This document shows, piece after piece, positions 28,424 through 38,293 of a DNA stretch of 64,000 nucleotides (its first letter is position 1; the number at the start of each line of letters is the position of its first letter). A program made the position numbers and the translations under genes. The stretch comes from an uncultured Tenacibaculum sp. GTDB lineage: Bacteria; Bacteroidota; Bacteroidia; Flavobacteriales; Flavobacteriaceae. The stretch covers positions 52,120 to 116,119 of the forward strand of contig CANMWK010000014.1 of NCBI GenBank assembly GCA_947501615.1, given 5' to 3'. The notes beneath the pieces are model-generated. The model saw nothing but the letters and a program-made list of their open reading frames with translations, made no database searches and had not been told where the DNA came from.

Positions 28424-29161
28424 ATGAAAAAACTAAAAACTTTAGCCATTGCTTTAACACTTATATTCTCTGTAAGTAGTTATGCGCAAACTGCAGATGA
28501 AATTATCAATAATTACATTGAAAATATTGGAGGAAAAGAAAAGCTAGAAAAGCTTAAAGGAGTTCAAATGATTGGAAATATGAAAATGCAAGGCATGGAA
28601 ATTCCTTTCGAACAATTATCTACAAAAGACGGAAAACAATTAGTTTCTATAGAATTACAAGGAAACAAAATGGTATGGTCTGCTTTTGACGGAGAAGTTT
28701 CTTGGCAAAGAAATCAAATGACAATGGAAGCTGAAAAAAGTGATAATGAAGCTACTCAAAATTTAAAAAACGAATTAGCGCAATTTCCAGATCCATTTTT
28801 AAACTATAAAGAAAAAGGATATACTGTAGAATTAATCGGAAAAGAAACTATTGACGGAGCAGAAACATTCAAAATTAAATTGACTAAAAAACCTGTTCTA
28901 GTAAATGGTGAATCTTTACCAAACATTACACACTACTACTTTGACACTGAAAATTTTGTTCCTATCGTTGTTGAAAGCACAGTAAACCAAGGACCAATGA
29001 AAGGACAAACGATAAAGTCTACACTTAGTGATTATCAAGAAGTTGATGGGGTTTATTTTCCTTTTAGTATGGGGAGCAAGTTCCAAACAATGGAATTTAA
29101 AGAGATTAAGTTAAATCCAGAAGTTAAAGCTGAATCTTTTGCTTTACCCGTTAAAAAATAA
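28424..29161 (+). CDS. LolA-like outer-membrane lipoprotein-sorting family protein
   Basis: Signal peptide. ADEIINNYIENIGGKEKLEKLKG...ETIDGAETFKIKL... is the pattern seen in Bacteroidota LolA-fold proteins. The call is tentative. Confidence 0.55.
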   Translation: MKKLKTLAIALTLIFSVSSYAQTADEIINNYIENIGGKEKLEKLKGVQMIGNMKMQGMEIPFEQLSTKDGKQLVSIELQGNKMVWSAFDGEVSWQRNQMTMEAEKSDNEATQNLKNELAQFPDPFLNYKEKGYTVELIGKETIDGAETFKIKLTKKPVLVNGESLPNITHYYFDTENFVPIVVESTVNQGPMKGQTIKSTLSDYQEVDGVYFPFSMGSKFQTMEFKEIKLNPEVKAESFALPVKK

Positions 29162-29228
29162 TTTCTCTTACTAACCAACTTTAAATATAAATCCAGTATT
29201 GCTTTCAGTACTGGATACTCTACATAGT

Positions 29229-32200
29229 ATGAACAAGATATTTAAATTCATAATTTGTGGTTCTCTTGTGGTATCTACAAGTGTTACTGCACAAGACATT
29301 GTTCTAAAAGGGAAACAACTTTTTGGAGATTTAAAAGCAAGACACATTGGTCCGGCTTTAATGAGTGGTCGAATTATCGACTTAGAAAATCACCCTACAA
29401 ATCCTAAAATTATCTATACTGGAACAGCTGGTGGTGGTGTTTGGAAATCTGAAAATGCTGGAGCTACTTTTACTCCTATTTTCGATGAATATGCACAATC
29501 TATTGGTGCAGTTGCTTTAGATCCAAGCGATCCTGATAATACTGTTTGGGTAGGAACTGGAGAAATTTGGACTAGAAACAGTGTTTCTTTAGGTGACGGA
29601 CTTTATAAATCTAAAGACGGTGGTGCTAACTGGAAAAAAATTGGGTTTGAAAAATCTGAAAGAATCAGTAGCATCAAAATCAATCCAAATAATTCTAATG
29701 AAGTATATGTTGCTGTTCTAGGAGCATTATGGAGCGATAGTGATGAACGTGGAATTTACAAAACATTAGACGGTGGTAAAACATGGGAAAGAATTCTTTA
29801 TGTTGATGAAAAGACTGGTGCTAGTGATTTAATTATGGATCCTAAAGATCCTAACACACTGTATGCTTCTATGTGGGAATTTAGAAGAACAGGCTGGGGA
29901 TTCAATTCTGGAGGTCCAGGTAGTGCTTTATACAAATCTACTGATGCAGGAAAAACTTGGAATAAAATTCATAATGGTTTTCCTAAAGGAGATTTAGGGC
30001 GTTTCGCTATTGCAATAGCACCTTCACAACCAAATACTGTGTTTGCTGTGGTAGAAAGCAAAAAAGATAAAGGTTTATACCGTTCTGATGACGCTGGAAA
30101 AAACTGGAAACTTTTAAATAGTGATTTCGGTTTAGTTGTTCGTCCTTTTTACTTTTCACGATTAGTTGTTCACCCTACAAATCCAGATATTTTAGTAAAA
30201 GGTGGATTAAATGGTTCTATTTCTAGAGATGGTGGTAAGACATTTAAAAATCTAGGTCAAATGCATTCTGATATTCATGATATTGTATTTGACATCAAAA
30301 ATCCTGATGCCATGTTCGTAGGAACAGATGGTGGTGTTTACAGAAGCTGGGATGGTGGAGCTACTTTAGATATGGTAGATAATCTTCCGCTTTCTCAATT
30401 TTATCAAATTAGTGTTGATAATGAAGAGCCATATAACATTTATGGAGGATTACAAGATAATGGTTCTTGGTACGGTCCTTCTTCTTCTCCTGGTGGTATT
30501 GAAGCTAGAGACTGGAAACGTGTTGGTGTTGGAGACGGATTTAGAGTATTAAAACATCCTACTAAGAATATTATTTATTCTGAAATGCAAGGTGCACAAC
30601 AAGTTTGGAGATATGATGTTGATAAAAATTATAACAGAAATATTCAACCATTACCAATTAAAGGTGAAGCTGATTTACGTTTTAACTGGAACGCTCCAAT
30701 GGCTGTAAGTGCTCATCAACCAGATCGTTTTTACATGGGAAGTCAATTTTTACATGTTAGTGAAGATATGGGAGATAATTGGACTAAAATTTCTCCAGAT
30801 TTAACTACAAACGATCCTAAGAAACAAGATAAAGAATCAGGTGGAATTTCTGTTGACAAGTCGGGTGCAGAAACGCATACGACTATTTTTACCATTGCTG
30901 AATCTCCTTTAGATGAAAAAGTAATTTGGGTAGGTACCGATGATGGAAATGTTCAAATTACAAAAGACGGTGGTAAAACTTGGGAAAACACAGTGGCAAA
31001 TATTTCTGGTTTACCTAAAAACACTTGGGTGTATCATATAGAAGCGAGTTCTCATGATAAAGGTACTGCTTACGCTGTTTTTGACGGACATACTTCTGGT
31101 GACATGAATACGTATGTATACAAGACAACTGACTTTGGTAAATCTTGGAAATCTATTGTTACTAAAGATATTGTTGGATTCGCTAGAAACATTCAAGAAG
31201 ATTACGTAAACAAAGATTTATTATTCTTGGGGACTGAATTTGGTTTATTCATTACTATTGATGGTGGTAAAAACTGGTCTCGTTTTACAAACAATATGCC
31301 TGCTACTGCTGTACATTTCATTGATCTTCAAAAGCAAACAAACGATTTAGTTTTAGGAACACATGGTCGTGGGGTTATTATTATTGATGATATTTCTCCT
31401 TTACGTGAAGTGAATCAGCAAATGTTAGCCAAAAATGTACATTTCTTCAACTCAAAACCTGCAATTATTAAAGAACAAGGTGGTTTTGGCGGCGGAAGTA
31501 CAGAATTACAGTTTGTTGGTAATAATCCGAGTACTACTGCAAAAATTATGTACTACTTGAAAAAGCGTCATACATTCGGAAAAATGACGTTAACTATAAA
31601 AGATGAGAATGATAAAGAATTAATTACATTAACTCCAGGGAAATCTAAAGGTATAAATGTTGTAAACTGGGGATTCAGACAGAAAAACCCAAAGGTTGCC
31701 GCTGGTAAAAGTTTTACTTTTGGTGGTTTTACAGCACCTCGTGTTTCAGCTGGAACTTATAAAGTTGTACTCAAAAAAGGTAAAAAAGAGTATGTTAATA
31801 CAATTGAAGTGGTGAACGATCCTAAATCTTTGATTTCTAATGAAGATAGAATTGCTCAAAGAAAGACTACTTTAGAATTGTATGATGATATGGAAGATTT
31901 AGCGTATTTGGTATATCAAATTGATACACATATTAAAGACGCTAAAGCAGCCATGAAAGCTGATGCTAAATTAAAGAAAAGTGCAACCAAAGTAATTCAG
32001 CTATTACAACCGTTAAAAGAAACTTTAGTAGTGACTACAGGTGATAACTATGTTGGCGAAGCTGAACCAGAATTAAGAGAAAAACTTTCAGACCTATATG
32101 CTGAAGTTGCGAATCAGTTTGAAAAACCTTCATTTTCTCAACTTGAGAATAAAGAGGTATTAGAAACTCGATTACAAAAAGCTAAAAAAGATTTTGAAAA

Positions 32201-32303
32201 AATCAAAAACAAAGAGATTTCAAAATTCGAAAAGCGTAAACTGAAAGCTGACAAAAAGCAAATTAAATTACTTAGTAAAGAAGATTTTATTGCTAAAAAA
32301 TAA
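29229..32303 (+). CDS. BNR/Sortilin-VPS10-type repeat beta-propeller protein (often annotated glycosyl hydrolase)
   Basis: Many S-x-D-x-G-x-T-W type repeats are present (SENAGATF, SKDGGANW, TLDGGKTW, STDAGKTW, SDDAGKNW, SRDGGKTF, TKDGGKTW, TIDGGKNW). The start is moved to the ATG at 29229, which gives a signal peptide (MNKIFKFIICGSLVVSTSVTAQD). Confidence 0.75.
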   Translation: MNKIFKFIICGSLVVSTSVTAQDIVLKGKQLFGDLKARHIGPALMSGRIIDLENHPTNPKIIYTGTAGGGVWKSENAGATFTPIFDEYAQSIGAVALDPSDPDNTVWVGTGEIWTRNSVSLGDGLYKSKDGGANWKKIGFEKSERISSIKINPNNSNEVYVAVLGALWSDSDERGIYKTLDGGKTWERILYVDEKTGASDLIMDPKDPNTLYASMWEFRRTGWGFNSGGPGSALYKSTDAGKTWNKIHNGFPKGDLGRFAIAIAPSQPNTVFAVVESKKDKGLYRSDDAGKNWKLLNSDFGLVVRPFYFSRLVVHPTNPDILVKGGLNGSISRDGGKTFKNLGQMHSDIHDIVFDIKNPDAMFVGTDGGVYRSWDGGATLDMVDNLPLSQFYQISVDNEEPYNIYGGLQDNGSWYGPSSSPGGIEARDWKRVGVGDGFRVLKHPTKNIIYSEMQGAQQVWRYDVDKNYNRNIQPLPIKGEADLRFNWNAPMAVSAHQPDRFYMGSQFLHVSEDMGDNWTKISPDLTTNDPKKQDKESGGISVDKSGAETHTTIFTIAESPLDEKVIWVGTDDGNVQITKDGGKTWENTVANISGLPKNTWVYHIEASSHDKGTAYAVFDGHTSGDMNTYVYKTTDFGKSWKSIVTKDIVGFARNIQEDYVNKDLLFLGTEFGLFITIDGGKNWSRFTNNMPATAVHFIDLQKQTNDLVLGTHGRGVIIIDDISPLREVNQQMLAKNVHFFNSKPAIIKEQGGFGGGSTELQFVGNNPSTTAKIMYYLKKRHTFGKMTLTIKDENDKELITLTPGKSKGINVVNWGFRQKNPKVAAGKSFTFGGFTAPRVSAGTYKVVLKKGKKEYVNTIEVVNDPKSLISNEDRIAQRKTTLELYDDMEDLAYLVYQIDTHIKDAKAAMKADAKLKKSATKVIQLLQPLKETLVVTTGDNYVGEAEPELREKLSDLYAEVANQFEKPSFSQLENKEVLETRLQKAKKDFEKIKNKEISKFEKRKLKADKKQIKLLSKEDFIAKK

Positions 32304-32307
32304 GAAC

Positions 32308-32340
32308 AAAAATCCCCTTGACGATTTCAAGGGGATTTTT
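32308..32340. terminator. bidirectional terminator between convergent genes
   Basis: AAAAATCCCCTTGA pairs with TCAAGGGGATTTTT. This is a perfect 14-bp stem with a 5-nt loop. Confidence 0.7.
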
Positions 32341-32341
32341 A

Positions 32342-33301
32342 TTAATCTATTAAAAATTCTATTGCTACTTCTCTATCCATTAATAAGAAGCATTGTTTTA
32401 CGCCTGGAGGTGGAACGAATCGGACTGTAGTTGTTGATTTACCGACAATTTTCTCAGGTTTTACAGCTCTGCTACTTCCTAAAAAACCAACAAAAAACTC
32501 TTTCTGCTTAGCATTTCTTAATTTTATTGTTACAACATTTCCTTTTCCTCTTTTTAAAATTCCAGAGTTAGGCGATTTTAAAGTTACATTAGATTGTAAA
32601 AAACTATTACTGTAAATAGGCTGATTGTAATATTGTTCTTTTGTTATTCTACCTACTCTTAATCTCCATATACTTTCTTCTGGTAAGTGAGTTTTAAAAT
32701 ATTTCTTCTTTGGTATGTTATAATAATACGGATTGAATTTTTTAATCCACCTTCCATTAATTTCTGCGCCTGCTCCCCAAGTTGCATCTATATACATCCA
32801 TTTTCCCTTAAGCTTAACAGCATTCCATGCATGATTTGCAGTTAATGATGAGTTTCCTATAACCTGAGCAGAATTTCTAACATGACCAGTAACGACTTCA
32901 TTTTCGATATTTAAAAGTGAACATACTTCAGCAAATGTTCTTGCATAACCTTCACAAACTGCTTTACGGGTTCGTAAAGTTTTCTTAATTATCTTGTCAT
33001 TAATTGCTTTAATTTTTTGTTGCTTCTCTTCTTCTGTTCGATATCTGAATGAAGTTCGTGTTTGTCTATTCGGATTATAAAACTCTTTTAAATCATAACG
33101 AATATTTTTCGTTAACCAGAAATACAATGCTTTTACTTGATGTTCTTTTTTAGGAAAATCTTTTTGTATTCTATTTGCCAACTTATGAACGGTAATAATA
33201 CCTGGGTATCCATTCACTTCTTCATCTACCGATGAAAAATCTTGTGCTGTGGATACTAAAACTGTGAAAAAAATCAGTGTAAATAATCTCATACGCATCA
33301 T
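32342..33301 (-). CDS. transglutaminase-like secreted protein (paralog of 27267..28226)
   Basis: Same length (319 aa) and same core: AVCEGYARTF, NHAWNAVKL, MYIDATWGAG. Signal peptide present. Confidence 0.75.
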   Translation of the reverse strand: MMRMRLFTLIFFTVLVSTAQDFSSVDEEVNGYPGIITVHKLANRIQKDFPKKEHQVKALYFWLTKNIRYDLKEFYNPNRQTRTSFRYRTEEEKQQKIKAINDKIIKKTLRTRKAVCEGYARTFAEVCSLLNIENEVVTGHVRNSAQVIGNSSLTANHAWNAVKLKGKWMYIDATWGAGAEINGRWIKKFNPYYYNIPKKKYFKTHLPEESIWRLRVGRITKEQYYNQPIYSNSFLQSNVTLKSPNSGILKRGKGNVVTIKLRNAKQKEFFVGFLGSSRAVKPEKIVGKSTTTVRFVPPPGVKQCFLLMDREVAIEFLID

Positions 33302-33423
33302 TTATCAATAACTATACCTTAAATTTTAAAAATGAATAACATCAAATACAAGTATACAAAGTATCTAATTAAACACTATTTGATACAAGCAAATCTATTT
33401 TATTCTTTACTATCGTTCTTAGA

Positions 33424-34764
33424 TTAAAAAACTAGCGAGAAAACTGTTCCTTCTTCTATAACACTTTTTACCTGTATACTTCCTTTATGCAGCAGCATGA
33501 TCTGTTTGCACAAACTTAAACCAATTCCGCTGCCTGTTTCTTTACTTGTAAAAAAGGGAACAAAAATGTTTTCTTGTAGATCTTCTGGAATTCCGATTCC
33601 ATTATCATATACCTTAATTACTATATTTCGGTTAATATTTTCTATTGCTTCAACTCGAATATGTGCCTCTTCTTTTTCTTTACAAGCATCAACAGCATTC
33701 AACAATAAATTGATTAATACTTGTTCAATTAGGTGAACATCTATCTGTAATGATAAACGATCATTTATATTTAAAAAGTCTATTTGAATTCCTTTTGCTT
33801 TTATAGAAGGTTCCATTAGTAACTGAATATTGGTAAATAATTCTGTTACTCTTATTTTTTGCAAATTAAGATGGGTTACTTTGTTAAGACTTCGGTAAGT
33901 TTTTGCAAATTTCAACAAGCCTTCACTCCTGTTTTTTATGGTTTTAATTCCTGCATTTAAATCTATCAACTCAGAAGCTTCATCATTTTCAGAAATTAAT
34001 CCATCTAAATTTCTTTCTAAAGTATTAGCTAATGATGCAATGGGAGTTATTGAATTCATGATTTCATGAGTCATTACACTTAATAACTTCTTCCAAGATT
34101 CTGATTCATTTTTATTTAATGTATTATCTATATTCTGAATCACTAACAATTTGAACGTATCTTCTTCAACCTCAAAAATGGTATCAGAAACTAACGTTTT
34201 TATTTTTTCATTTTCTAAGTTTATTACTACTGAATCTCCTTCTCTATGAAAAGTTTCAAAAATAGTTGTGAATAACTCTGGCTTTCGTCGCTCTATGAAA
34301 CTGATATTTTTAAACGAAGGAACATCTAGAATCTTTAGAAAAGAATCATTACTCCATAACACGCTTCCGGTTTCTAAATTATATGCGATAATACCTATAT
34401 CTACCATTTCTAAAATCTTTTGTAGATAAACATATTGTGCATGATTTTGCGTATTAATCTCTTTAATTGTTTGATGAATTTGATTAAATCCTTTATACAA
34501 GAAACGAATATCTTTCGCTGCTACGTTTTCGGAAAAACCTCTGGAGAAATCACGATATTTAACTGCATTAAAAAAATCTTCAATAACTAAGAAACGACGT
34601 TTTACAAAAGTGTATGTGTTATATACAATAAGAAATAATACAATACCTAAAAGAATCGCATAAGTAAACTCATTTGTGTATGAGAAATACACAATAGCTA
34701 GAATTACACTTACCATAAGTATAACTCTAATACATATTTTTAAAATGAAACTCTTATAATTCAT
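33424..34764 (-). CDS. sensor histidine kinase
   Basis: Two N-terminal TM segments. H-box [15 protein letters not shown]-box LLNAVDA, G-boxes DNGIGI and GSGIGLS. Confidence 0.85.
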   Translation of the reverse strand: MNYKSFILKICIRVILMVSVILAIVYFSYTNEFTYAILLGIVLFLIVYNTYTFVKRRFLVIEDFFNAVKYRDFSRGFSENVAAKDIRFLYKGFNQIHQTIKEINTQNHAQYVYLQKILEMVDIGIIAYNLETGSVLWSNDSFLKILDVPSFKNISFIERRKPELFTTIFETFHREGDSVVINLENEKIKTLVSDTIFEVEEDTFKLLVIQNIDNTLNKNESESWKKLLSVMTHEIMNSITPIASLANTLERNLDGLISENDEASELIDLNAGIKTIKNRSEGLLKFAKTYRSLNKVTHLNLQKIRVTELFTNIQLLMEPSIKAKGIQIDFLNINDRLSLQIDVHLIEQVLINLLLNAVDACKEKEEAHIRVEAIENINRNIVIKVYDNGIGIPEDLQENIFVPFFTSKETGSGIGLSLCKQIMLLHKGSIQVKSVIEEGTVFSLVF

Positions 34765-36106
34765 ATTTAGCTAATCGTCTGTACAATGCTGCTCTAGTAA
34801 TTCCTAATTCTTTTGCTGATTTTGAAATATTACCTTGGTGTTTTTCTAAAACCGTAAGAATAGCTTTCTTTTCTACCTCTTCTAAATTCAAGCTTTCATT
34901 TTTACTTGTTTTTGGTGTTACAGATCGCTCTATTGAAGAAAACACCAAATCTTCAGCTTTTAAAACCGATCCATCTGTCATAATCACAGCTCGCTCTAGA
35001 ACATATTGTAATTCTCTAACATTCCCGGGAAAATCATGGTTTTTAAGTTTAATTATAAACCCTGTATCAAAAGTAAAGTTACTCTTATTGTATTTTTCAG
35101 CATAATGTGCCACAAAATGTTTAGACAACATCGTAATATCTGTTTCTCGACTTCTTAAAGGCGGCACAATAATGTCTACTGTATTAATTCGATAAATTAA
35201 ATCTTTTCTGAATTTTCCTTCGTCTGCCAACTCTTCAGGAGTTACGTTTGTTGCACAAAGTAATCGAATATCAATCGGAACTTCTTTATTAGAACCTAAT
35301 GGAGTGATAAATCTGTTTTGTAAAACAGTTAATAATCGTACTTGCTGACCTAATGAAATATTACCAATTTCATCTAAAAATAAAGTTCCTCCATTCGCTG
35401 CTTCAAAACGACCAATTCGATCTTCATTTGCTCCTGTAAAAGCTCCTTTTTTATAACCAAACAATTCACTTTCAAACAATGTCGTTGTTAAAGCTCCTAC
35501 ATCAACTTTTATAAATGGTTTATCTTTTCTATGAGAATTATCGTGTATTGCTCTTGCTATTAAATCTTTTCCGGTTCCGTTTTCTCCAAGAATTAAAACA
35601 TTAGCATCAGTTGGGGCAACTTTTTTAAGTTTGGTAAAAACATCTTGCATAACTTCACTTTCACCAATAATAGTTGCACTGCCTGTTTGTAAAGTATTTG
35701 TCTTTTTAGCTTCTGTTTTTTTCTTATTTAAGATAGTGTTAATAGCATCTAGTAACTTTTCATTTTTCCATGGTTTCATTAAAAAATCAGATGCTCCTTC
35801 TTTTAAACCTCTTATTGCTAAATCAATATCTGCATAAGCTGTCATAAGAACAACAGCTGTTTCTGGTTGATATTCCTTAATTTTTCGTAACCAAAAAATT
35901 CCTTCATTTCCAGTATTTACCAAACCATTAAAATTCATATCAAGAATTACAATGTCGTAAGTAGCTTTTTCTATTTGAGAAATTATATTGCTAGGATTTT
36001 TTTCTGTTACAATAGCTTTTACCAAAGGTTTAAGTAACAAACGTATAGCAGTAAGTACATCTGCATCGTCATCAATAACTAAAACTGTAGCTTTTTTTAA
36101 TACCAT
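34754..36106 (-). CDS. sigma-54-dependent Fis-family response regulator (NtrC type)
   Basis: Receiver domain (VLVIDDD...ILDMNF...KPW). AAA+ domain with Walker A GENGTGKD, the GAFTGA motif and ESELFG. C-terminal Fis HTH (ISKSAKELGITRAALYRRL). It overlaps the kinase gene by 11 nt. Confidence 0.9.
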   Translation of the reverse strand: MVLKKATVLVIDDDADVLTAIRLLLKPLVKAIVTEKNPSNIISQIEKATYDIVILDMNFNGLVNTGNEGIFWLRKIKEYQPETAVVLMTAYADIDLAIRGLKEGASDFLMKPWKNEKLLDAINTILNKKKTEAKKTNTLQTGSATIIGESEVMQDVFTKLKKVAPTDANVLILGENGTGKDLIARAIHDNSHRKDKPFIKVDVGALTTTLFESELFGYKKGAFTGANEDRIGRFEAANGGTLFLDEIGNISLGQQVRLLTVLQNRFITPLGSNKEVPIDIRLLCATNVTPEELADEGKFRKDLIYRINTVDIIVPPLRSRETDITMLSKHFVAHYAEKYNKSNFTFDTGFIIKLKNHDFPGNVRELQYVLERAVIMTDGSVLKAEDLVFSSIERSVTPKTSKNESLNLEEVEKKAILTVLEKHQGNISKSAKELGITRAALYRRLAKYEL

Positions 36107-36313
36107 TACTACAATATTACGACTTTATACCTAGGTTTTAAAAATTAGAAAACTAAAAAACATAACACTAATAAAAGTGTACATTTTTGAACATTAAGTG
36201 TATCAAAACCGAACACTTTAAAAATGTAACAAAAACTTAAAAATCTGTTAATCAGCAATTTAATCTTTTGGCATTATATTGAATATGAATGAAGTAACGT
36301 AAAAATTATTACA

Positions 36314-37564
36314 ATGGATATTCAATTACAAAAGAAAAGGTTTTCAAATCAACGTATCGTTATTATCGTTGGTGTTTTATTATTTGTTGTATTGCTAGTA
36401 TACATAGTTACAGAGTCATCTGGAAACACAAAACTGAATGTTAAAAAAGAGCGTATTGCTGTGAGTACTATTGTAAATGACGTATTTCAAGAAAATATTC
36501 CAATTAATGGAATTGTATTACCAATCACAACTATTTATTTAGATGCTTTAGAGGGTGGTAATGTTGTAGAAAAATATGTTGAAGATGGTGCTACATTAAA
36601 AAAAGGACAACCTATTTTAAAATTATCTAATACAGATTTAGAATTAAACTTAATCAATCAAGAAACATCTGTGTATAATTTATTAACGCAAATGCAAATT
36701 TCTCAAAATGCAGCTCGCCAGAATACTATCAATAGAAAAAATAGATATACTGATGTAGAAAGTACTCATATTGAAGCGACTCGAGAGTATAAATTGAACA
36801 AGAAATTGTATGAAAAAGGAGTAATTTCTCGTCAAGATTTTGAATCTTCTCAAAACAATTATAACTATCAAAAAGAACGATTAAAACTGGCAAAACAGGT
36901 TTTATCTGAAGATTCTATTGCTTCAAATTTAGAAATTAATAAAGCTAAAAGTTCCTATAGAAGAACTCAAAATGCTCTAGAATTAATGCGTAAAAAAGTA
37001 GGTGATTTAATTGTTCGTTCACCAATAGATGGGCAACTCACTTCTTTTGATACAGAAATCGGACAGTCAATTAATAAAGGAACTCGTTTGGGTCAGGTTG
37101 ATGTTACTTCTGATTATAAAGTTAGACTTGCCATGGATGAACATTATATCTCTAGAATTTACCCTGGTCAAACAGGAAGTGTAACACTTCAAAACAAAAA
37201 ATATACTTTAGTCATTAAAAAGGTTTTTACTCAAGTGAATAATGGGAAATTTCAAGTCGACATGAAATTTAAAGATGAAGTTCCGAAAGGAATTCGAAGA
37301 GGACAAAACCTTCAAATTAAAGTAGCTTTAAGCGCTGAAAAACAAGCTTTACTTGTTCCTAAAGGAAGTTTTTATCAGCAAACAAATGGAAATTGGATTT
37401 TTAAAGTTAGTGAAGATGGCAAAAGAGCATATCGTGTTGCTACTAGACTTGGAAGTCAAAACTCCAGTTTTTACGAAATTTTAGACGGATTAACTTCTGG
37501 TGATAAAGTGATTACCTCTAGTTATGACGCATATAAAGACATAGAAGAATTGATATTACAATAA
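36314..37564 (+). CDS. efflux transporter periplasmic adaptor subunit (HlyD/MFP family)
   Basis: N-terminal TM, a long coiled-coil region and a C-terminal beta-barrel (GDKVITSS). It sits immediately upstream of the ABC ATPase and permease genes. Confidence 0.8.
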   Translation: MDIQLQKKRFSNQRIVIIVGVLLFVVLLVYIVTESSGNTKLNVKKERIAVSTIVNDVFQENIPINGIVLPITTIYLDALEGGNVVEKYVEDGATLKKGQPILKLSNTDLELNLINQETSVYNLLTQMQISQNAARQNTINRKNRYTDVESTHIEATREYKLNKKLYEKGVISRQDFESSQNNYNYQKERLKLAKQVLSEDSIASNLEINKAKSSYRRTQNALELMRKKVGDLIVRSPIDGQLTSFDTEIGQSINKGTRLGQVDVTSDYKVRLAMDEHYISRIYPGQTGSVTLQNKKYTLVIKKVFTQVNNGKFQVDMKFKDEVPKGIRRGQNLQIKVALSAEKQALLVPKGSFYQQTNGNWIFKVSEDGKRAYRVATRLGSQNSSFYEILDGLTSGDKVITSSYDAYKDIEELILQ

Positions 37565-37584
37565 AAAAATAAATAGAAAGTACT

Positions 37585-38262
37585 ATGATACAGATTACTG
37601 ACTTACAAAAATTTTACAAAACAGAAGAAGTACAAACCATTGCTTTAAACAAATTATCTTTTGAAGTTAAAAAAGGAGAATTTGTAGCAATAATGGGACC
37701 ATCGGGATGTGGAAAATCTACCTTACTTAACATTCTTGGTTTATTAGACGATCCTGATGGAGGAAGCTTTAAATTCAATGGAATTGAAGTTTCTAATTAC
37801 AACGAGCGTAAACGAGCAAACTTAAGAAAACACAATATTGGTTTTGTTTTCCAGAGTTTTAACCTAATCGATGAACTTACTGTTTTTGAAAACGTTGAAC
37901 TTCCTTTAATCTACACTGGAGTAAAATCAAGCGAACGTAAAAAGAGAGTTGAAGAAGTTTTAGAAAAAATGCAAATCATGCATCGTAGAAATCATCTTCC
38001 TCAACAATTATCTGGTGGACAACAACAACGTGTTGCCGTTGCTAGAGCTGTTGTTAATAATCCGAAATTAATTTTAGCAGACGAACCTACAGGAAATCTT
38101 GATAGTAGTAACGGAAATGAAGTTATGGATTTACTTATTGATTTAAATGAATCTGGAACTACAGTTGTTATGGTGACGCATAGTGAACACGACGCTAAAT
38201 ATAGTCATCGAATTATTCGAATGTTAGACGGACAAAAAGTTACTGAAAACATTTTAGCTTAA
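37585..38262 (+). CDS. ABC transporter ATP-binding protein (MacB/LolD type)
   Basis: Walker A GPSGCGKST, signature LSGGQQQRV, Walker B LILADEPT, H-loop VTHS. Confidence 0.9.
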   Translation: MIQITDLQKFYKTEEVQTIALNKLSFEVKKGEFVAIMGPSGCGKSTLLNILGLLDDPDGGSFKFNGIEVSNYNERKRANLRKHNIGFVFQSFNLIDELTVFENVELPLIYTGVKSSERKKRVEEVLEKMQIMHRRNHLPQQLSGGQQQRVAVARAVVNNPKLILADEPTGNLDSSNGNEVMDLLIDLNESGTTVVMVTHSEHDAKYSHRIIRMLDGQKVTENILA

Positions 38263-38293
38263 TTATTAACCTTTAAAAACAAAGCCTTACGTT

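Noticed and set aside
36268-36285. Sigma-54 -24/-12 promoter candidate TTGGCATTATATTGAATA upstream of the HlyD-family gene.
   Set aside because: GG-to-G spacing is one nucleotide shorter than in TGGCAC-N5-TTGC, and the -12 element reads TTGA rather than TTGC. Sigma-54 promoters tolerate spacing changes poorly, so I do not annotate it. It is worth re-testing with a proper matrix.
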